Made by a program: the position numbers and the translations under genes
The notes under the pieces: generated by a model
Told to the model about the DNA's origin: nothing
What the model saw: only the letters and a program-made list of their open reading frames with translations
The model's database searches: none
Assembly (NCBI GenBank): GCA_012295275.1
Contig: CM022673.1
Coordinates: forward strand, 14,136,001-14,200,000
Length of the DNA: 64,000 nt
Reading direction: 5' to 3'
DNA from: Chrysomallon squamiferum
Taxonomy: Eukaryota; Animalia; Mollusca
In this document: piece after piece, positions 60,110 to 64,000 of the stretch
Numbering within the stretch: the stretch's first letter is position 1
How the letters are laid out: every line of letters begins with the position of its first letter

Positions 60110-62329
60110 ATGGCGAACGAGTGCAATATTAAGGTACTGTGTAGAGTCAGACCATTAAACCCTACAGAGGAAAAAGCAGGGAGCAAGTTTATTCTGAAAT
60201 TCCCTACAGAGGATTCTGTCTCAATCGGTGTAAGTAAACTTAGAATTTTCGAAAATATTTTAATCATTTGGTAAAACTTAGTCTTTCATATTTAAACAAA
60301 ATATATATATATTTAACTATTTATTAAATCACAATGAATATTTCGTTCGTTTTTCAATTTGCTCAGCAGTGACTAGAGCATTAACAACATTCTTTGTCAA
60401 CATGAATACTGCTGCAGTCTGGTGATATTGATCGAGAGGTTTCAGGAGAAATCTATCGGCATTGGTTAGCTGGCTAACATTATTTTCATAATTTATTGAG
60501 CTATGACTAACTATTTATCTAGCTGTTACAGCTAGCTATTGTACGTCACTTTTATTCTTCAGATGATACATTAGTATTCTCATCATCATTCTTCATATTA
60601 TTATTATTAAACTGATCACTGATCAGGTGAAGTTATAAATCACAGTGACTATACTTTTATAGATTGATGTTGTGGCATCAGTTTTCAGGAAATGGTCTTT
60701 CAGCAGTTCATAATCATCAGTCATCATTCCAAAAAAGAAAAAAAAAAAAAAAAAAAAATGTCCAGTATTATACAAGATTTCCTTACAAAAACCTGTTTTT
60801 TTAAATTATTTATTTCTAAATTAAAACAGTAATAATAATAATAAGTGCACCTGCTATTTGTTTAAAGGTGAATAACATTTCAGAGATTTTCCAAATAATA
60901 GAAATCAGAAAGAAAACAATTGTTAGACAACATAATGGAAATTAGTTGCTCTTAGAGTGACTAACTTGGGTAATTTCTAATAAAAATTATAAAAATATTT
61001 AAAAGGAAATATCCAAATGTGAAAAAATATATATCTATACACATGAAAAATAACATCAAAGATACATGTTTGATATACACTGTAGTGGCATTACTTTTTG
61101 TAAGTCGATTTTAACCAAATTAATTAATTGCTCTAAAGTAAACACCTGTAAATGCATTATTAATCCCACTTTGCTGTATTCATCCACATTGTAAAAATTA
61201 ATTCATTATATTTTTGTGTGGGTTGGTGGGTGTGTTTGTTTTTGTTTCCTTATTTCCTTGCCTTTTGTTTGTGTATAGCTGTGGTCATAGGCCACTAAGT
61301 TTTCACATGTTCCCACCAGAGTTTTCACAAGTTCCCACACAAAGTTTTCTTCATCCATGTGAAAAACTTAATATTAATTCTTTTATGTTAAATCAAGCAG
61401 TATAGCTTGATAATGAATAGTAACTAACACCATTTAACTGTTGGATTTAAAACAAAATATCATTATTATTATTTTATAAACTGACTACTAAGAGTTGAGC
61501 CAGTAAATGATTAAAAAATATGCATCTCAACAATCTTTTTAAGGTTTTGTATGTGGTTAGAAAATCAGTATTAATTCATATTATCATCATTATCAAACTT
61601 TACTACTCGTTTTACAGGATAGGTCCAAGTTACATAATCGTCTTTGGTTCCGTTATTTATTAAGTTTCGTAACAAAAGATGAGCCATTTTATGTAAATTT
61701 CTTTTACTTTTGTTAAGAAAAGGTTTTGAATGGATGGTTCATTCTGTTATTTTCACCTACACATCTAACAACACAGACACTCCTAAATATGTTAGATAAG
61801 GTTGAAGTTTTATATGATTTTCATTTCTTTTCATCTGTGAATAAAAAAATGTAGTGAGCAAACAGAATGACGTGTGTTTGCCAGCGTGGAAACTGTTGAC
61901 AGATCAGCCGATGTAGATGATTGAATCATTGTGCTGACATGTCAAGGATTACAGCAGGAATGTTTTATTCAATATGTATGTAAATCTCCTGGACTTTGTC
62001 CACAGCCCCTACTTCCATATGAATAAACCTCTTTGAGTCTGTCAAATTACACTTGTGATAATATATAACAATTTTAGTATTGTCTGCTGTTATACAAGTA
62101 AGTAGGTAAAGGCCTAGTAATTAAAAACTAATAAGCCATGACTGTACAATGGCAAAAATGTTTTTAAATCCTAGTCAAGTATAATATATTAGTAGTGATT
62201 ATTATTTTTTATACCATGACATATATTATTTTTACTTTCAGGGCAAAGTGTTTGCATTTGACAAGGTATTAAAACCGAATGTTTCGCAGGAATATGTGTA
62301 TAATGTGGCAGCTAAGCCAATTGTTGCAG
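60110..62329 (+). CDS. Khc: Kinesin heavy chain (kinesin-1/KIF5), first two coding exons; the gene continues beyond the window
   Basis: Exon 60110-60229 reads MANECNIKVLCRVRPLNPTEEKAGSKFILKFPTEDSVSIG|gtaagt. Exon 62242-62329 reads ttcag|GKVFAFDKVLKPNVSQEYVYNVAAKPIVA|gtaagt. This is the kinesin-1 motor N-terminus. Confidence 0.95.
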
Positions 62330-62517
62330 GTAAGTTAATACATCACACCTGTACTGATATTATATTTACATAACACACATAATACATCTTATTTACTGGT
62401 TTAGCAGATATCAAGAAATATATTTAATTAATTAAAAGAAACTACATGCTGAAATAGTGATCATAATAAAGCTGCACATGTTACATATATATGAAAATGA
62501 AGTGTACATGAATGTGA

Positions 62518-62555
<38 letters not shown>

Positions 62556-64000
62556 AAGTATATTTCTAAGAGCAAATAATTCAAGTTAGAGTGCATGTGT
62601 AAATGCAGAATAATGAAGTAGTTAGAGGTTTGTTGCTAAGAAATAGGTATGTATAGTGTATCTTGTTATAGCAGTGCATGTTGTCAGCTGAGAATGTGTG
62701 TGTGCAGACTACTCCAGTCACAGATCAATACACCTCTGTGAGGCTATTTTTAAACTGCTTGTCAGCTGGCACATACCATGTTATCTCCAGTTTATCATAC
62801 AGTTCATGTCTTTTCCACTCTGTTTGTGTTTTTAGTGTTGTAGGTAATTTTTAGTGTAGTTTCAGCTGGTGTACACTTTCTCTGTAGTTTGTAAAACTTG
62901 TATACTGCTAAGCAGGGCTGTGCTTTTAATCCAGTTGTTTATGTTACAGCCAATCTGTTACATTCTGTGGTTGTATGGAATTTTTTATTATTTCATTTTT
63001 ATTTCCATTATAATATTTGTCTTAAAATATCTGCATAGGCTAATCTAGACAATGGTATTTTTATTTATTTGTATAGGTTTTATTAAGAATAGTAAATTAA
63101 ATTTGAGCTTTTATTTTTATTACTGTTAGTAGCATTACCTAAAAACACAATAAAAACAATTTAAGTTTTAAAACACATCTCAAATTGTTAATATTCATAG
63201 AAGCTCAATAGTTGTATGTTTGAAATCTATTGATCCACCAGTTTTCACAATGACATGACATCATGGCAAATCCAGGCAACCCAACATACGCTAGAGTTAT
63301 GTTTTATTCTGTGTTTACAAGCAGTGGTCCAGTTTTACCAGTTCATTATTGATGTCAGTCTCCCTGTTACTTCATGGCTGGCTTTATTCTTTTGCATCAT
63401 CTTGTATAACTGCTTCTTCAGTTAAAATTAGACATGTGTTTGACATGTGTGCTGTTACTGCTAGGTTAATGTAACTAGGTTTTATTTCACTGTCAAATAC
63501 AAGAGTTTATCTGTGCTATTTAATACTGCTAGCTTCACAAATTAATATATATATATATATATATATAGGTTTTAACTGCAATATTAATTACTGGCAACTC
63601 TTATTAAAAAATGTAGTGTATTTTGAGTAATTTTGTTTTAACCAGTGTTTTCAGATATATGTATGTATATTTTATAACTAAGATTTTGTTGTGCTATGAT
63701 ATAGCTTCCACTTTGGCACTGGTTAATACTAGGATTGTGTCCTGACATTGATTTCTACAAACAGGTAGCTGGCTATGAATATTTTAGTGCTAACTCGCTC
63801 ATTTTAATATCAATAATTATTATGTTTGACACAAGTGAGATCTGAGTATTAATAGCAAGATATTTCATAGAGACAGAAAAACATAAAGCAGCACAGACAA
63901 TACAGTTACTGGAAAGTTCATTCAACTTGGGTGTAGCATAACAAATACATTAAATTTAATATATCCTATCTCTGATCCACAGCTAACTCCACCATTGTGG

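Overview
This is AT-rich, intron- and microsatellite-laden animal genomic DNA; the proteins look like an invertebrate bilaterian, probably a mollusc, but the species cannot be fixed from sequence alone. Nearly all entries in the ORF track are repeat artefacts, and the real genes are spliced. The right end holds a complete 12-exon BBS5 gene (minus strand, 46667-59184) head-to-head with the first two coding exons of kinesin heavy chain (plus strand, from 60110). The left ~43 kb is a minus-strand island of secreted-protein genes with no recognisable family. It contains (i) a giant Thr/Gly/Ser octapeptide-repeat (mucin/proteoglycan-like) exon at <1-6750 with upstream signal-peptide exons; (ii) a tandem array of ten copies of a two-exon peptide-precursor gene (13217-40744; five intact, five damaged); and (iii) an unrelated two-exon secreted peptide gene at 42504-43302. 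Each array copy has a conserved signal peptide split by a phase-1 intron, a completely hypervariable Cys-free core (Glu-rich in two copies, Trp/Pro-rich in the others), a furin-type basic site and a decaying C-terminal tail. The array is built of duplicated modules whose junctions fall in (CT)n tracts. Also present are two TA-flanked MITEs, a ~50-bp intronic satellite and an inverted repeat around a putative promoter.
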